The position numbers and the translations under genes were made by a program. Of a DNA stretch of 63,316 bases, positions 12,101 through 27,100 are shown one piece after another; within the stretch, counting starts at the first letter, position 1; each line of letters opens with the position of its first letter. The notes below the pieces were generated by a model that was not told the DNA's origin, made no database searches, and was given only the letters and a program-made list of their open reading frames with translations. This stretch comes from Phoronis australis (Eukaryota; Animalia; Phoronida), in contig NMRA01000363.1 in NCBI GenBank assembly GCA_002633005.1, forward strand, positions 247,619 to 310,934. The letters are read 5' to 3'.

Positions 12101-15100
12101 ATTTAGTGAAGGATACAAGTTTAACATGAATGTTTTTGTGCATGAACTCAAGCAACTTTAGTTCATGCACAAGGATTTCATGTGGCTTTAGTATTTGGGG
12201 TTATCAAGGGTGAAATTAAATTTCGTTAAAAATTCATTTGGGTTTGAAGACCCTATATAGGGAACACTTAAAAAAATGTTATGGATGAAACTGCTTTTTG
12301 TCTAATTAGTTTCTGCAGGAAGTATTTTATTTTTCGGAAAAATTTGCTTCATTTGGTCTTAGCCTCTGAAAATACTAATTTTACCAAGAACTATTTTATT
12401 CCAAATTGAGTTTTTTATGATTATGCTCATGTGCACACAATAAATAAATTGCACTTGAACACAAATTCAAGGACATGTATTGTACTAAAGTGAACGGAAA
12501 ATAACACAATTTCAGTTCAAATTCAGAGATTAGATGTCAAACCCGACCTCTTTGTGTCATTGCAGTCTCCATTCCAGCTGAAGGATTTTAAAAACTTCAC
12601 AGTGTTACAGTTCCAGCAGACCTAGGTTTATAATTCTATCTCCACAGTTATAACAGTATATGAGCTCCAGTGTTCTAACCAACTCTGGTATTTTGTAATG
12701 CTGTCTTCACAATTGAAGGATTCTAAAAGCATGGGTGTTCCAACCAACTCTGTTACTTTATATTTCTGTCTTCACAGCTGAAGGAGTACAAAACATAGAT
12801 TTTCCTGCCAACTCTGTTACTTTGTATTTCTGTCTTCACAATTGAAGAAGTATAAAACATAAATTTTCCAAACAACTCTGTCACTTTATATTGCTGTCTT
12901 CACAGCTGAAGGAGTATAAAAACATGCGTGTTCCAAACAAATCTGTTACTTAGTATTTCTGGCTTCACAATTGAAGGAGTATAAACATAAATTTCCCGAC
13001 GAACTTTATAACTTTATATATCTGTCTTCACAGTTGAAGGAGTATAAAAACGTGCATGTTCCAAACAAATCTGTTACTTAGTATTTCTGGCTTCACAATT
13101 GAAGGAGTATAAACATAAATTTCCCGACGAACTTTATAACTTTATATATCTGTCTTCACAGTTGAAGGATTATAAAAATGTGCATGTTCCAAACAAATCT
13201 GTTACTTAGTATTTCTGGCTTCACAATTGAAGGAGTATAAACATAAATTTCCCGACGAACTTTATAACTTTATATATCTGTCTTCACAGTTGAAGGAGTA
13301 TAAAAACGTGCATGTTCCAAACAAATCTGTTACTTAGTATTTCTGGCTTCACAATTGAAGGAGTATAAACATAAATTTCCCGACGAACTTTATAACTTTA
13401 TATATCTGTCTTCACAGTTGAAGGAGTATAAAACATAAATTTCCCGACGAACTTTATAACTTTATATATCTGTCTTCACAGTTGAAGGAGTATAAAAGCG
13501 CCGGCGTTCCAACAAATTCCATTGATGAGGAAGAAAGCGACGAGATTAAGAAGATCAAGAAAGTTCAGAGCTTCTTCCGTGGATGGCTGTGTCGTCGACG
13601 CTGGAAGCAAATTGTGGACGAGTACATCCGATCTCCGCACGCCGAGAGTATGCGCAAGAGAAACAGTATTGTCTTTGGAATGGTTGAAGGTAAGGCCATT
13701 CGTGTACTGCACGTCAAGTCATAGCTGCTTGAACTTGGTCATGTTTGGGACAAAACATTGCGAATTAGTAATACATTAAGACTACAATTGATATTTTTGT
13801 TACAAAAATAACCATGCACGTCTAGCAAATTAAAACATGTATCTGATGAATGGACCCATCTCCTAAGATCGAGTGCATTTCGATGGAATGCAAAAATATT
13901 TTGTAACGACAAAAAGTTTTGTTTTCTGTAATTTGTAACTACATAATATGGAGAATTAGGTGTCTGACAAAGTAGTTCTAGCCAGTACTCTGGTGTTTTT
14001 CATGAGGTACTACTCTTGCAGAGTTCAAATTCCTGAATCAATTCAACCTTATGCTCAAATGCATTTTAAATACTTATAATTAATTGAGTTTTCACGTGAT
14101 TTTCGTGTGTGAATTATAACTTTTGTGCTAAGATAAGATTTTGCAGTTTGCTGGCCTGCAGTTAGATTATAGCTAGTCTTTTGTGGATGAAAACTGAAGA
14201 TAGTGGTATTGTTTTCACCATTACTCTGTAGAAAGACAAATTTATCCATTCTCAGGTGAAGAAGAGTATGTCAAGAACCTGTCAGCCATGGTGTCGTGTT
14301 TCCTGCGACCACTGAGGATGGCCGCCAGCTCAAAGAAACCTCCTATCACACACGAGGATGTCAACTCCATATTTCTAAATAGGTAGAGTTCGTCCACCCT
14401 CATCTTCTAAGCTCCTTAGTATGTAGTGTGTCTCATAACATGAAATATATCCCTAAAATAGAATCATAAATTTCATTCAGATTTCCAGTCACTTGAGTTT
14501 AGTTCTCTTTGAAATTCGATTTTAATGTTTTAGCTCAAAAGGACTCGTAATCACTCTGGTTAAAACCATCAAAATTAATGTTATTCAATTGTTTTCTGTT
14601 ACAGAACAATGCAGAATTATAATGTACGTTTGTTTGGCCTTTGGTACTGCTGTAGTTCCTCATTTTTTGAAAACTTGCCAGGTTCTCCGATCTGCTGATG
14701 TTGATTTAATTATCTAAACCTTTAAGTATTTGATCATCTCACATTTATTTGATTTTATGTTGAGCCTCTTTGACAGTTTGCACCCACTTTTGCCATTCAA
14801 AAAATAGGCACAATAGGCACACATGGACGTAATTTTGCCAGAACTTTGTTGGATTGTTTCTGAAAGGAATGTCTTGAGTCTTTATTTTGGTCGGGGTTTC
14901 AATATTTATGTTTGAATGTAAAAGCGTAGGAATTACTTTTTTGGGAGTTTGTTTACTTTACAGTCTACCACATTTCTTTAAGTCTTGTCTTCCTTTTGTA
15001 ACCTCTGTCATGTTTGAAAGGCCCAAATCCTGAAACAAGACTTATGCCACATGTTTGCCTTCCAGTGAAACCTTGCTATTCCTTCATCAAATCTTTCTGA

Positions 15101-18100
15101 AAGGCTTAACGGCGCGCATGGACAACTGGCCAACTCTAGTCCTTGGTGAGTTCACTGAGCATGCCCTGACGGCCATATTGGCCTGATCTAACTCTGCTCT
15201 CTCTCTCTGTGTGTACTTTTGAATGCAGCAAAATCAATTGCTTGTTTGACAACTCTTTTGTTAACCCTCTGTTACTGATACCGATCAAAGATTTGTCGAC
15301 TTACTGTCGAAAACTTTCTTTATCTTTGCTCGCCTGGCTTTGCCTCTGTGTGTTGTTGTTAACTCTGTCAAATGATGTAGTTGGTTTTTTCTGTTGTTAT
15401 TAAGTCCCTTGTCTTGTTAAATCCTAGATTTGTTCTAAAACAGTGCCATCAAGCTGCCGTCTTTAAATAATAACTTCCGTTGTGTGCCGGTTAATCAACC
15501 ATGACCATTTTCATTGCACGTGTTATTGCTAGCTTGAGGTTTGTTGGAAAAGAAAAAATAACATTTGTGTACTGAAGCAAGTGATTGCCTATGGGTCAAT
15601 TTCGACATTAAGGTGTGTACAAACTAAGAATGAAATAAGCTTAACTACACATTAAAGCAGCGTGCTACGTTTACTAAATATTTTTATTAGTAAATGCTTT
15701 GTTTCGGTATTAAGCTCCATTTTGTTGATTAATTTGGGAATAACACAATCAAGAGAGATTACAGTTCACTTTGAACTTCCCCCTAGTATGGTCTTAAGCA
15801 TAAACTAAGCAACAACTCTCCCCAAACCCATACATTACTTCCCATACGGGTGCGCGATCAGGCAGTGCATCTCACTATAATTCACTAAGAGTATTTTCAC
15901 TAACAATGCTGGCGTAACTATCATGTTTACTAATTGCCTGCACAGCGTGAGTGAATATTAACATGAAGTATCCAAGTCACTCATAATATTTTGAGGAGCC
16001 CCTCAGATTACGTCACAGCAGTTTTTTTACATAGCTTACAGTGCTAACAGTGGATGATCTTTTCAATTTTCAATGCTAGACCTTGTCAGAAAAAAGACTT
16101 TCAGAACCACTGATTTGAGGCCAAGAGCTTTTGCTCTTCTGATAAAACCATTTCAGCCACGTAAATGAATACTGTCATGTTGAGTTATATTTTCAGCAGC
16201 CATGTTTTCTCATGTTTAGATGTTGCAAGCAAAAATGACTGCAAATATTGTCAGCTTTATTGTCCAACATTATCGGGTGTATGTGATTCTCTGCATTATG
16301 CTTAAGCCTCTTTCCTGTGTTATTGTTTTCTAAAACACCATGTCATAAGCCATGATACCATGTACTATCAAATCCTTGAGCGCATAAATGAATGTGCATA
16401 AAATGTTGCCTGGGCATTTGTAATCATGTGACCGTGTTCTTTGTAAAAAGTAAATGTGCATTTTCACGCAATTTGCTCAAAACTTTGGTAGAAGAGCATG
16501 CCTGGGATGTCCTTTTAAGGCATTTTAACTGTGCTGTCTAATGGGAATACGTCCAGATTTTTCACAGAATGTTGAATAATTTGATCAAAATCTGAAGTTA
16601 TTAAACCATGAAAATTCTATGCCAAAATTAACGTCATCTCATTTACTTGTGTAGTAAGTGTAAAGTGCCAAACAGTAACCCAGCGAGAAACACTGCATTA
16701 CTTTCTGCTGTACCGCATTGTACTGAAATGTTTTGTGTAGCTGTACTTCCATGTGTGTACTTTACCATACAGTACAGTGCCATACTTAACTGTACTGTTG
16801 TATTTTTGTGTTGCATGGGAATGTGTTGTACAATCAACAGTGTTCTGAATTGTTCTGCCTTGTATATTGTATTGTAATGCTCAGTGTGCTGTCACTGACC
16901 TTTACTGCGCTGTGCTGCATTGCATTGTGCTGCCCTGGGCTGAACTTTTCTGTACTCCACTGTACTGCACTGCTTTTGTCTGTACTCTGTTGAGTTGCAG
17001 TACTCTGTACTGTCTGTTTTAATGCACTCACATGTAGTCTGGAGCTGTGCTGTGCTGTGCTGTGCTGTTCTGTAATATACTGTACTGTGCTCTAATCTTT
17101 TCTTTTGATGGCCATACAGTGCAGCTGTTCTATACCTGAATGTGTGCATTCTATTTTTATGTAATCTATATACTACTGAACTGTAGCCCAGTTGGTATTG
17201 TACTCCAGGCATCTCTGAACATCATTTTCTATCAAACCCAACACAGGTCAGTGAATATGTTACAAAGCCTGTATTATTTGTTGTCAGACAACATTGTGAT
17301 TAGCCGACATCAAACCAACAGCTGTACTCTTTAGTTCTACCGCAGAACATTCTCTTTTGTCCATCCTTGTCCTGTATGTGATACAAATCATTTTGACTTA
17401 TTTTCCATGTACACATGTTGCCAACACCTTGGCCTAGATCTTCAGTTCTGCTTAATTAGTTGAACAGGTAGACTGCTCTCTCCATGCCATTGTGTTTATC
17501 AACACAGCTGTTCTCCTCCATATTATTTTGTTACCATGTGAGTGTTTTCTTTTCACGTGGCGGGCACGATGTTTCACGGTTGTGTTGTCTTAGATGCGAA
17601 GACACTACATGACAGTTGTCATGATTTCGTTCAAATGCCTTGGTTCCGCTGGTATCTCATTGCCATTTGCTACCAAAGTAATAGCATTCTGTTTCTTGCA
17701 AAAGAAGGCATACTAGAAAAGTGCCACACCGCACAAAGTTCATTCTTAAAGGGCATCTGAAAGCATTGTTCTGTATTTTGTTCATTTAAAATTACCACTT
17801 GAGGTTGCGTCTGAATGTATGTTATTTGGGTGACCCTTAACTCATCTTAGTTTAAGGCTGTGTAGGACCCTACTGGCAAGGCTGTGCAGTCGGCAGGATT
17901 TTTTACAAAATTATAAATTAATATAACCAGGAAGAGATAACTAAAAGTATATTTTTTTTGAAAATAAGAGGCCTGCAGATTTTGAGTTTTTACCTAGTAT
18001 GTTATGGACATTTTTTTAAAGAAGACTCCTAGACTAGGAGCAGGTTTTATCCACATTCTTTCAGACACAGCTTCTATAGTTAGTTAGTGATGCACTTAAT

Positions 18101-21100
18101 TGGATTTTCTGCCACGAGGGGAATTACTTTCCAATGAATAGCACAAGGCTTGTTTTTTGTTGACAAAATCGCTATTACTTGACCAATTTTGAAATTTCAA
18201 GAACCCACAGTCGTAAGTTTTACTCCAGTATTCGGATTTTATGGTTTCCATCAGTTTTCATGTCCCTAAAAATAAAAGGGAAAAATAGAACCTGGATGCT
18301 TTCAACCCTTTTATTTAGATATGATCTGATCAGAAAAAAGTAATAACCCTCACTATGTGAATAGAGTCACTTTATTGATAACTATCCCCTGTTGTGAATG
18401 GAATGTGGATAGAACTGGAAATTCAAAAGATTTCTCCAAATTGATCCTTATCTTGTTTAAGGGGATGTTTGCAGTTTGCTTACACCAAAGGACCATTCAT
18501 TGGGTCATGTGACCATGTATTTTGGGAAAAATTCAGCAAAAGAGAAAGGTACATTCATGAGAAAACAATGGTATCAGAAGCACGCAAAAACATCACTAAA
18601 GCCCCATATTTGATTGGTCTCTTACAAAAATGGAACATTTTAAACACAATTCCTCATGTTTTGGAAGACGGTGCCTAAAGCGCCTGATCTGAAAGTTTCG
18701 TGTGAATCCCCGTTAACCATTTCCGAAATACGATGCTGTGAAGTTAGCCAAATTCAAAATTTTTCTAAGGTCCTACATTACCTTTAAATTGTACTCACGT
18801 TTTATGGAAATCGTGATGCATTGCATTTTGAAGGCATTTTAGTGTGATTAATATGATGCAGACATTGTTCAGGGGTGCGTTTTGTAGATGCCAGGAACTC
18901 GCCTAAATCAAGATGGGCTAGACCTCGCAAAAAACACACTGGTGAAAAGTGAACATTTCACAAGTATGCTCAGAATCTTACTAACAGGTGATTGGTTGGT
19001 GAGGTTGAAATGTTGAATTATGGGATCAAGTCACTGTTTCTGTTCCTTACAGGGAAATTTCTCACCACGAGTTTTGTCAGAGCCTATAGAACGCAACCCA
19101 GAACTGAGTTTAAAACTGCGTTTCGCTCTGTTTAGCTAGCTAATAGACAACAATACTATAAGGCCTTTTTTGTCTAATTTCGTATTGTGACAGACAGAGT
19201 GTTCTTTTTCCGTTACCAACTGAGAACATTGAGACCATCAAGAACTCAAGAAAATGGTTCTGAGGTTATTGTGGCTGGCTAACCTTAAACTTGGAAATTG
19301 CAAAATTGTGCACATAAGCAATGCCTGTGACCAGTTGGTAATGAAAAAGTAATCCTGTCACTGTAAGGAATATTACATGTCTGAAAAAGGCTGAATTTGA
19401 TTTTCATTTTTAGCCAGCTTAATATGGTGAGACGCAGCTTAAAATAATTTTAATTCATAAATTTTTATTTACCTTTTACTTGATACTAAACCAGATGTCC
19501 TTTAAGTCTGTTGAAATGTACACGAGGCATAAGATATTCATTTTGCTTATCACTGGTACACAACGGAGGAGAGCAGAGATGTATTTGCAGTGTCTCCATG
19601 CCGACCGGCGCAGTTGTATAAAATGTTAAGCCTATCAGCGTCTGGTTCCCTAGGTGATTTATTTGACATGCTGCTGCCAATGCTGGGTATCTACCAGGAA
19701 TATGTCCGTAACCACCACTACAGTTTGCAGGTATGTCAAAGGGGAGGGACATTGGGGTCAGGGGGTGGGCACTTAGGGTCACTGGGTGTACCGTGGGTCG
19801 AGAAGTTGTTTGGTACTTGAGCCAGAAATTGTGCGTCTGGGTGGGTCAGGAAAAGGATTTGTCGGTCAGGCAGGATCTAGGAGTGAGAGGTGAGATATGG
19901 GTGGTCTTATGGTGCATTCTAATTTGTACGGTTTTCAAGGATTATTTCAAGGTGTCTTTAATGTTTTCGGTTATTACTTAAGAATTTGAACAGTTCAACT
20001 GGTCTGTTTGCTGGGTCATCTTGCAATTAAAAGCATCAGCTGAAATCTTCTGGTTAAAAAAAAACCTATTTGGGAACACCAGGTCACTTCCTAATGAACA
20101 AATCGTGACAAATGGATTGAGTCTCTGCAGTCCTTCCTTTCTTACATACTGCAATTCTCCACTTATTTTGCACAAAAATAATTGCCAAAATCATTGGCGT
20201 ATTTGGGAGGGGGGACCTAGGGGGCCATGCCACCCCCCCCTAAAATTCTCCCATATTCCATTTGGCAGCTTGGGGGTGTGAATGTCTGATGGCCAAAATC
20301 CTGGTCAAATACTCTGCCTTGTTCCCCACCAACTCAAAATCCTTGGTCCGCCCCTGAAAATAGCGGATTACCTTATTTCCGTACACTAATGGGTTGTTTT
20401 ATGAAATCTGCACTCTAAGGTCCACACTTACTTGTAATAGACTGTGATGCTCTCTATCTTATTATACTTGTATTAAGAAATTTAACAAAATAGAATCTCA
20501 CTTGTTGGCCATATTGTGTGCTAAGTTAGAAGTACTGTAAAAGTGTATGGGATTATGCTACAGGTTGTTTCTGTGGCCAAACACAAGATGGAGGCGCTAG
20601 TTGCTGCAGAGAATTGTGAATTAGTACGGCGTGTTTTTCAGGTGCTTGCTGAGTACAAGCAGAAGCTCGAGTTTAACGCGTTGCTCAAGAGATACGAGGA
20701 GAAGCCTATCACAGAGTCACGAGTGCTGGAGACATTCCTTACCTACCCTATGCATCAGGTAGGTGTCACTAGTGTGCACTCTGTTTGCTCTCTGACTTCT
20801 GAGCATGAGTTGCTGAAAGGTCAACAACATTAGCTAGACTGCAGGAGATTATGTACACTGACTTCATAACTTAGGATGTAAAATGTTTAGGTTTAGATAT
20901 GGTTTCGCATGGCAGAAATCCATGGTCTATTATCAGAGGTGATAATCGCACTGAGAGGAATTATGACCCTTTGTGCAATAGCGTACTAACTTATCTCCAC
21001 AAATCACCACGCGTGAAAGACTTCTAGCCAGATCAAAAAAATTCAACACAGCGACAACCACACACTTACTATGCACCACAGGCTTTTTGCACTAAGAATT

Positions 21101-24100
21101 GTGCATGGTATGGGCCCTGTGAGCATGTGGGAGGGTTCAGGTGGGGAGCGTTGGAAGTTTTGTGGTGAGTGGTAACGGTTCCAGTCCTTGGGTTTCTCTG
21201 AAGTTCCTTGACAGTTTTCTATGAAATTTGGCATGTTCCTGGTTTTGGGTGTATTGTGTGTATTTGCTCCATCTAGTGGCCATTTTCATGATACAAATAA
21301 ATAACCCTAAAAGCACACCATTTGCAATGCATTCGTGGGCGCATTTCAACGCTCCATGTTGGTCTTGTTTGCGTCCACGGCTGTATCTCCTTACCCTTGG
21401 CAAGATCTTCGTTAAGTTAAGCGGATGTATCCCTATGGAAATGGCGACAAATCATGGCAAGTTTCAGACCAATCCAACTACAGCTGCTGTTCTCCCTAGT
21501 GACAATTTTATTTTTTGCATTTGCCTCCTGTAACTTCAGACTTCCTTGAAGCTTTTCCATGAAATTGGCAAACAAGTTTCTATTATGTATCTTCCAAACC
21601 GTGTAGAGGATCGTTATGGAAACTGGCAGATGTGTTCTAATTACTGGCAAGAGCATGACACGTGGATTTTCTAACCGGTCCAACTTGTTTTGCCACCAAG
21701 TCCTTGATCGAAGTTAACGGCATCAGTTAACTTCACAGTAAACTGATGGATTTAACAGCAGAGCGTCGACACTGCAGTGCAGAATGAACGGTCAAATTCG
21801 GTCCCATCAAAGTTATTGCCAGGTGACACTGTTATTGTCAACAGTTAAAGGGCAGTGTCGTCACTAATAGTTGCTTATATTCTGCTGGAATAATCACCAA
21901 TCAAATTAGAAATAAGTTTTATGTCAATTAGCACATGTAAATGTTCCCAAATTGTCAGATTAAAAAAAATTTTAAGAGTGCACGCTATGCATCATGCAGC
22001 GTTACCTTGCGATTACTTTGATGACAACATCATGTGAATGTTCAATTAACTTCGCAGTTTACGTCGGCACTCCACTCAGACCGGAGTTAAGTCAGTATGA
22101 AAGGGCCTAGGCTTTATACCTCATGACTTGTTTTTTGTTGACAAAATCGCTATAACTGGACCAAATTTCAAAATTCAAGTATCCACATAGTCTTAATTTT
22201 TACTCCCATATTCCGATTTCATAGTTTTTATCGATTTTCTTGTCCCAAAAAGAAAATGGGAAATAGAGGCTAATGCTTTCAAACCTTCTATTTAGTTATG
22301 ATCCAATAAGAAATACTACCTACTACGTTATTTATTTGTATTAAAGGCCTCTGGCCCAAAGTACAATAAACAAAAAATTAATCAGACAGGCACATTTGCA
22401 CACCACCGTCAACCGATTTAACAGCCGTTTTTGTAATTACCCTCACTATGTGACCTAGGCAATAGAATCACTCTATTGATAACACCTCTATTTTGAATGG
22501 AATGTGGATAGAACCAGTCCAGCTGACCATGTGACATTGGAGAAATTCAAAAGATTTCTCCAAATCCACCCTTATCTCATTTACTGGGGATGTTTACAGC
22601 TTGAGTTTAAATAGATCAAGAGATTTTAGTAATGAATGTTATTGCCTATCACCACTTCAAAGCAATTTTAACTTTATCATAACAATGTTACAGATTCCCC
22701 GATACATAGTCACTCTACATGACCTGCTGGCTCACACACCTCACGACCACGTGGAGCGCAAGAGTCTCGAGTTTGCCATGAGCAAACTAGAGGAGTTGTC
22801 GCGAGTGAGTATCGGTAACCTCATCTCGATTACAGATGGCGCCACTAGTGAACGACCCCATTTATATGCAGTGCTATGTAATCGCTAGATATCATTGTCT
22901 TTAGTGTTTTGGTGAAAATAAAAATTGCTCTTGTGTGTTCTTTTTGGTGTTCATAAGGTTTTGTTACATTGTTATGGATTCAAAGCAAATGGCATTTGGT
23001 ACTGAAAGTGTGCCCAACCTTCCATTGTAAACTGGACATGTTCACTTCAAAACTTTGTGCTCTTTTCGGGCAAACTACTATCTTAAATGACTAAAATTTT
23101 AAAGAATATTTTTGATACTGATAAGTTAACTGAGGACTTGAAAAAAGTGGACTATTTTCTTTTGTATAAGATCTGTGGTTGTTTCTCCTTTCTCTTGAAT
23201 CTTTATATTAGGTTTATGTGAACACATTATGCCATCATCCCTGTCTGTGTAACTGGCATCTGTTCAGTATCTACCAGTACGCCCCCTAGTGGAAACTTGT
23301 TTTCTTGCATTTGCGACTCAGTATCTGCCTAGTTCCTTTTAGATTTTCAGGAACTTTGGCAAATTGGTATCAGGGAGATGATGCCACCTTCCTTTTTTCA
23401 GATAGATTCCATGTATTTTTACACCATCTAGTTGCCATTTTTACAATTTTTGAGTTCGTTGTTTGGTGTCCAATTGCTGTGACACCTAGTGGCAGTTTTG
23501 TTTTTCTTCGTCTGTGTGTGTGTCACCTAAATCCTATGCAGGATCTTTGTTAAATTTGACAGGTGTAGTTCTTTGAAGGTGACTGATTACGAGGACTTTT
23601 GAATGGATCCCATCACCACTGTGCCCTCTGGTGGAGTCCCTCGACGGACTTTCATTAAAGGGTTTTTCTGAATATTGCAATTAGCACTCAAATCCATAAG
23701 TTTGTTCCAGCTGGTCCTGACCATTACTTCTTTTTGCAGATAATGCATGATGAGGTTAGCGAGACAGAGAACATCCGGAAGAACCTGGCCATTGAACGGA
23801 TGATTGTGGAGGGATGTGATATACTACTGGATGTCAATCAAACATTTGTTAGACAGGGTGAGTAGCGCTATCGTGTGGAAAGATAGTCAGATTTGGGAAT
23901 CATTTCATTGTAAATGAATGAGTGAAGAATTACTCACAACGTGGGTGTGTGGCTAGTCTTTCTTGATCACGATTTCTGGCACAGTTGACCTCTTTTGACA
24001 AAAGAGGGGGCTGGCGTTTCAGTGGATTTATATAAGTTATGTGTTAATGACTTGTTTCCGTGAGCAGGTTTCATTACGCTATGAATTTCAATATTGTTCT

Positions 24101-27100
24101 ACAAAAAACGTGATGTTGCTTCACTGGAGACTCCCTCTGTCTCATGGGTTATTGTTCCCCAAGAATGAAAGATTTGTTCTTGTTGATATTAAATACTTGA
24201 TAGTTCAGCGACAGATAGGCTTTTGTTGTACAACACCGCATTAATGCACCTACATTTTGCTGCCTTTAGCTGGCTGGAAAGTGAAATAAATGCCAAGAAT
24301 TGTACGATGACACCTGGCTTGTTGCCTTGTAGTTTGGTAATTGACCCGATTGTGTTGCATACCGAACAGCGTTAATGAGGAACAGATTATGCTGACATTC
24401 TACAAACGTTTCAAGATGTAAAAGTCACACTTCTTGTCCAATTTTCAAAATACAAGAACGTAATGAGTTGTAATTTTCACAAACTATTCAAAAATGCTAT
24501 TTAAAAACTTCCAAAACAAAACATTTAAAACTACTATTGTCACTCCCAGTGTGTTTATTATGGGTCTGATTATTTTGAGAACGATAACACGAGCAGCCTG
24601 GGGCGATGTCAACTACAACAGCATGGTGCCTTTGATCAGTGCCGGCAGCTGTGGCGGTGCGCAAACCCGTCGAGTCACATGATCTCGACCGGTGAGAGTG
24701 TCAATGTAGTTTTCTTATCATGAAAACTGGTCTCAAAACATTCCATGCCCTGACAGGGTTCTATTTCGGTGACTCGAGGAAATGCTTCAGAATTTATTGC
24801 AGTTAACCAATCCTTAAATTGCAAGTTCGAAAATAGAGAATGTGCACATTGCCTATCACATTGTTGAGACCTGTTTTATCAAACTAGAATGCCTCGTTCA
24901 GTTTTGATCACATTTAATTTTTTAAATTACAACATTTCAAATATTGCATCAGAAGGCAAAACGTATCAATGATATAAAACTAACTGTCTTGTAGATTTTG
25001 AGGATATGCTTCTAACTTGTGTTTGCAGGTACTCTATTACAAGTTTATAATGAAAAGCCAAAGCCCAGTCGTGGACGGTTAGGTTCATTTAGCACTTCAT
25101 TCAAAGAAACCAAAAAAGGGATTGTTCGCCAAGTATTCCTCTTCACCAATCATTGTCTGCTGACGAGTAGGGCATCCAATGGCAGACTTCATTTAGATAA
25201 AGTGAGTAACTATATGCAAGGTCGCTTCATGTTTCAAGTACTCGACAAAACTTATGCCACAAAGTTTTCACTTCTAAAAAATCAAACATACTTTTTCCGA
25301 TCGGTGCCGAAACTTTTGTGATAGAACGTCTGCTGTCAGGATTGAGTGTACGGAATAGCCTAATGGTTAGCACAAGGCAAATCTATTCACAGCTTTCTTT
25401 TGTTTGAGCTGGCAGTGTCAACTGGGCTGTTGTGTTCTGGCCATTACAGAATATAATCTGTTGTTAACAAGTTTTGCTTTGGCCTGTTGATTGAATGACA
25501 TAAGAGACAATCCTGCACAGTGAATTATTCCTAGCAAAAGTTTCCCTGCGAAAATTTTGCCTGTTGTGTAAGGGCTTCAGTTCAGTAACTTAGTCTGCAC
25601 TGGTCACCTCATTAATGTAGGCTTGATAAATGTGGTGGACGAGAGCATGTTATGGAATATCCTATTAGAGGTTCCTTCACAAACATCAAATTGTTACACT
25701 CTTGCGCTGTTGGATGATTTTCCCGATTTCGCTGATCGAGAACTTGGGATACAGCTGGGTAGTTATCATTTTGACAGTGATAGCTAGGGGAGAAAATTGG
25801 CTAACCAATGTTTAAATAGTCCAGCTCTCTCATTGTCTGCTTTCAGCTGATACGCTCACGTTATCTAGCAATTATGTTGTAAATGGCATGCCTGACACTA
25901 ACTGAAATTGAAAAAAATACTATTTCCAAACAACGTTCAACATTGTAGTAATTAAGAAGATATGTTTTTTGTGAAATACTATCACCAAAAAATTTCGAAC
26001 GGAGAAAAACGGCTGACTTTCAAAGAAATTAGATTTAACTGTCAACCGCCGATTCCTTTGTATTACTGTAAGCTCTAACCCGCTTACCACCACAGCATTG
26101 TGTACCAACACCATATGCTTGTTTGTCACGTTTAATCAAACGTGATTGTACTGAGATCAGTTCGTGATTTTGGAAACTTCTTGGTTTTAACATTCCAGGG
26201 GAATGATGTGTATCGAAGTCACTCGGAGTTTGAAAACCAATTGATGCACATTATTCAGAAGAAAACCGGTTCTCAAATGCGGGACCCCTGTATGTTTTTT
26301 CTGATGTATACGTAATTTGTCCGTTGTTATTTTTCAGCATTATGGTAAAATTCCACTCATTGACTGCACGTTGGTGGAGGATTCCAGCTCAGATCTGCTG
26401 AGTTTTGAAGATGAAAGTAAGACATTTTGTTCTAATGAGACACTTTCAGTGATCATTTTTATAATGTTTATTATGAAATAGTCAGTACAATAAATATACA
26501 GAGCCAGACGCTGCTGAGAAGCATTGAGTTTTGCAGTGATAATAATACCATTAGATAATAAAAGTCGCATGCCGCAATTATACTCATTTACCATTGTGTT
26601 ATTTGTATTCATTTGTTACATAACTTAAGTGAAGAAACCATTCAAATGCCCCATGGGAGAATGCAAAAGAAGTGCCCTTTGTCTCAGGGACGATATGGGT
26701 TTTTGAAAGCTAATTACAGCTAATTAGAACATTATTCTGGGAAATTCTATAATTTTTGAATGAAATCTCCAAATCTTTCTATTGTACTCACTTTTAACTG
26801 AATTGACCAAAAAAATGTGAGACTTGAAAAAACTCATTTTGTTTGAGAATGGGATAATTATGTTCATGGACCATATTCCAGATGTGTCGTCTATGAAGCA
26901 CGGTCACGTGTAATGTGAAGCTTAATTGTGTACGTTGAAAATGTATGTAATGGCCTGATAGTTAAACCTTTCCGTACCCGATTTTTTCTTTGCGTTGGAG
27001 ATATTTGGGGCCAAATTCCAAGCACAAAGTACTTTGGGGTGTGCAGAACACGAACATAATTATTCACAATTCTGTAAAACTGTCGAACAATAAGTATCGA

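Noticed and set aside
12555-13520. CRISPR-like appearance of the ~64-bp periodic array
   Set aside because: The inter-repeat segments are themselves repeated (no unique spacers), there are no cas genes, the context is a eukaryotic intron, and the unit derives from the adjacent exon boundary.
16643-17334. Cys-rich ORFs
   Set aside because: By-products of the pentamer simple repeat.
19731-19910. G-run cluster after the 19730 donor as a G-quadruplex or splicing enhancer
   Set aside because: Looks like a decayed short tandem repeat (tgggtcagg); nothing in the sequence supports a function.
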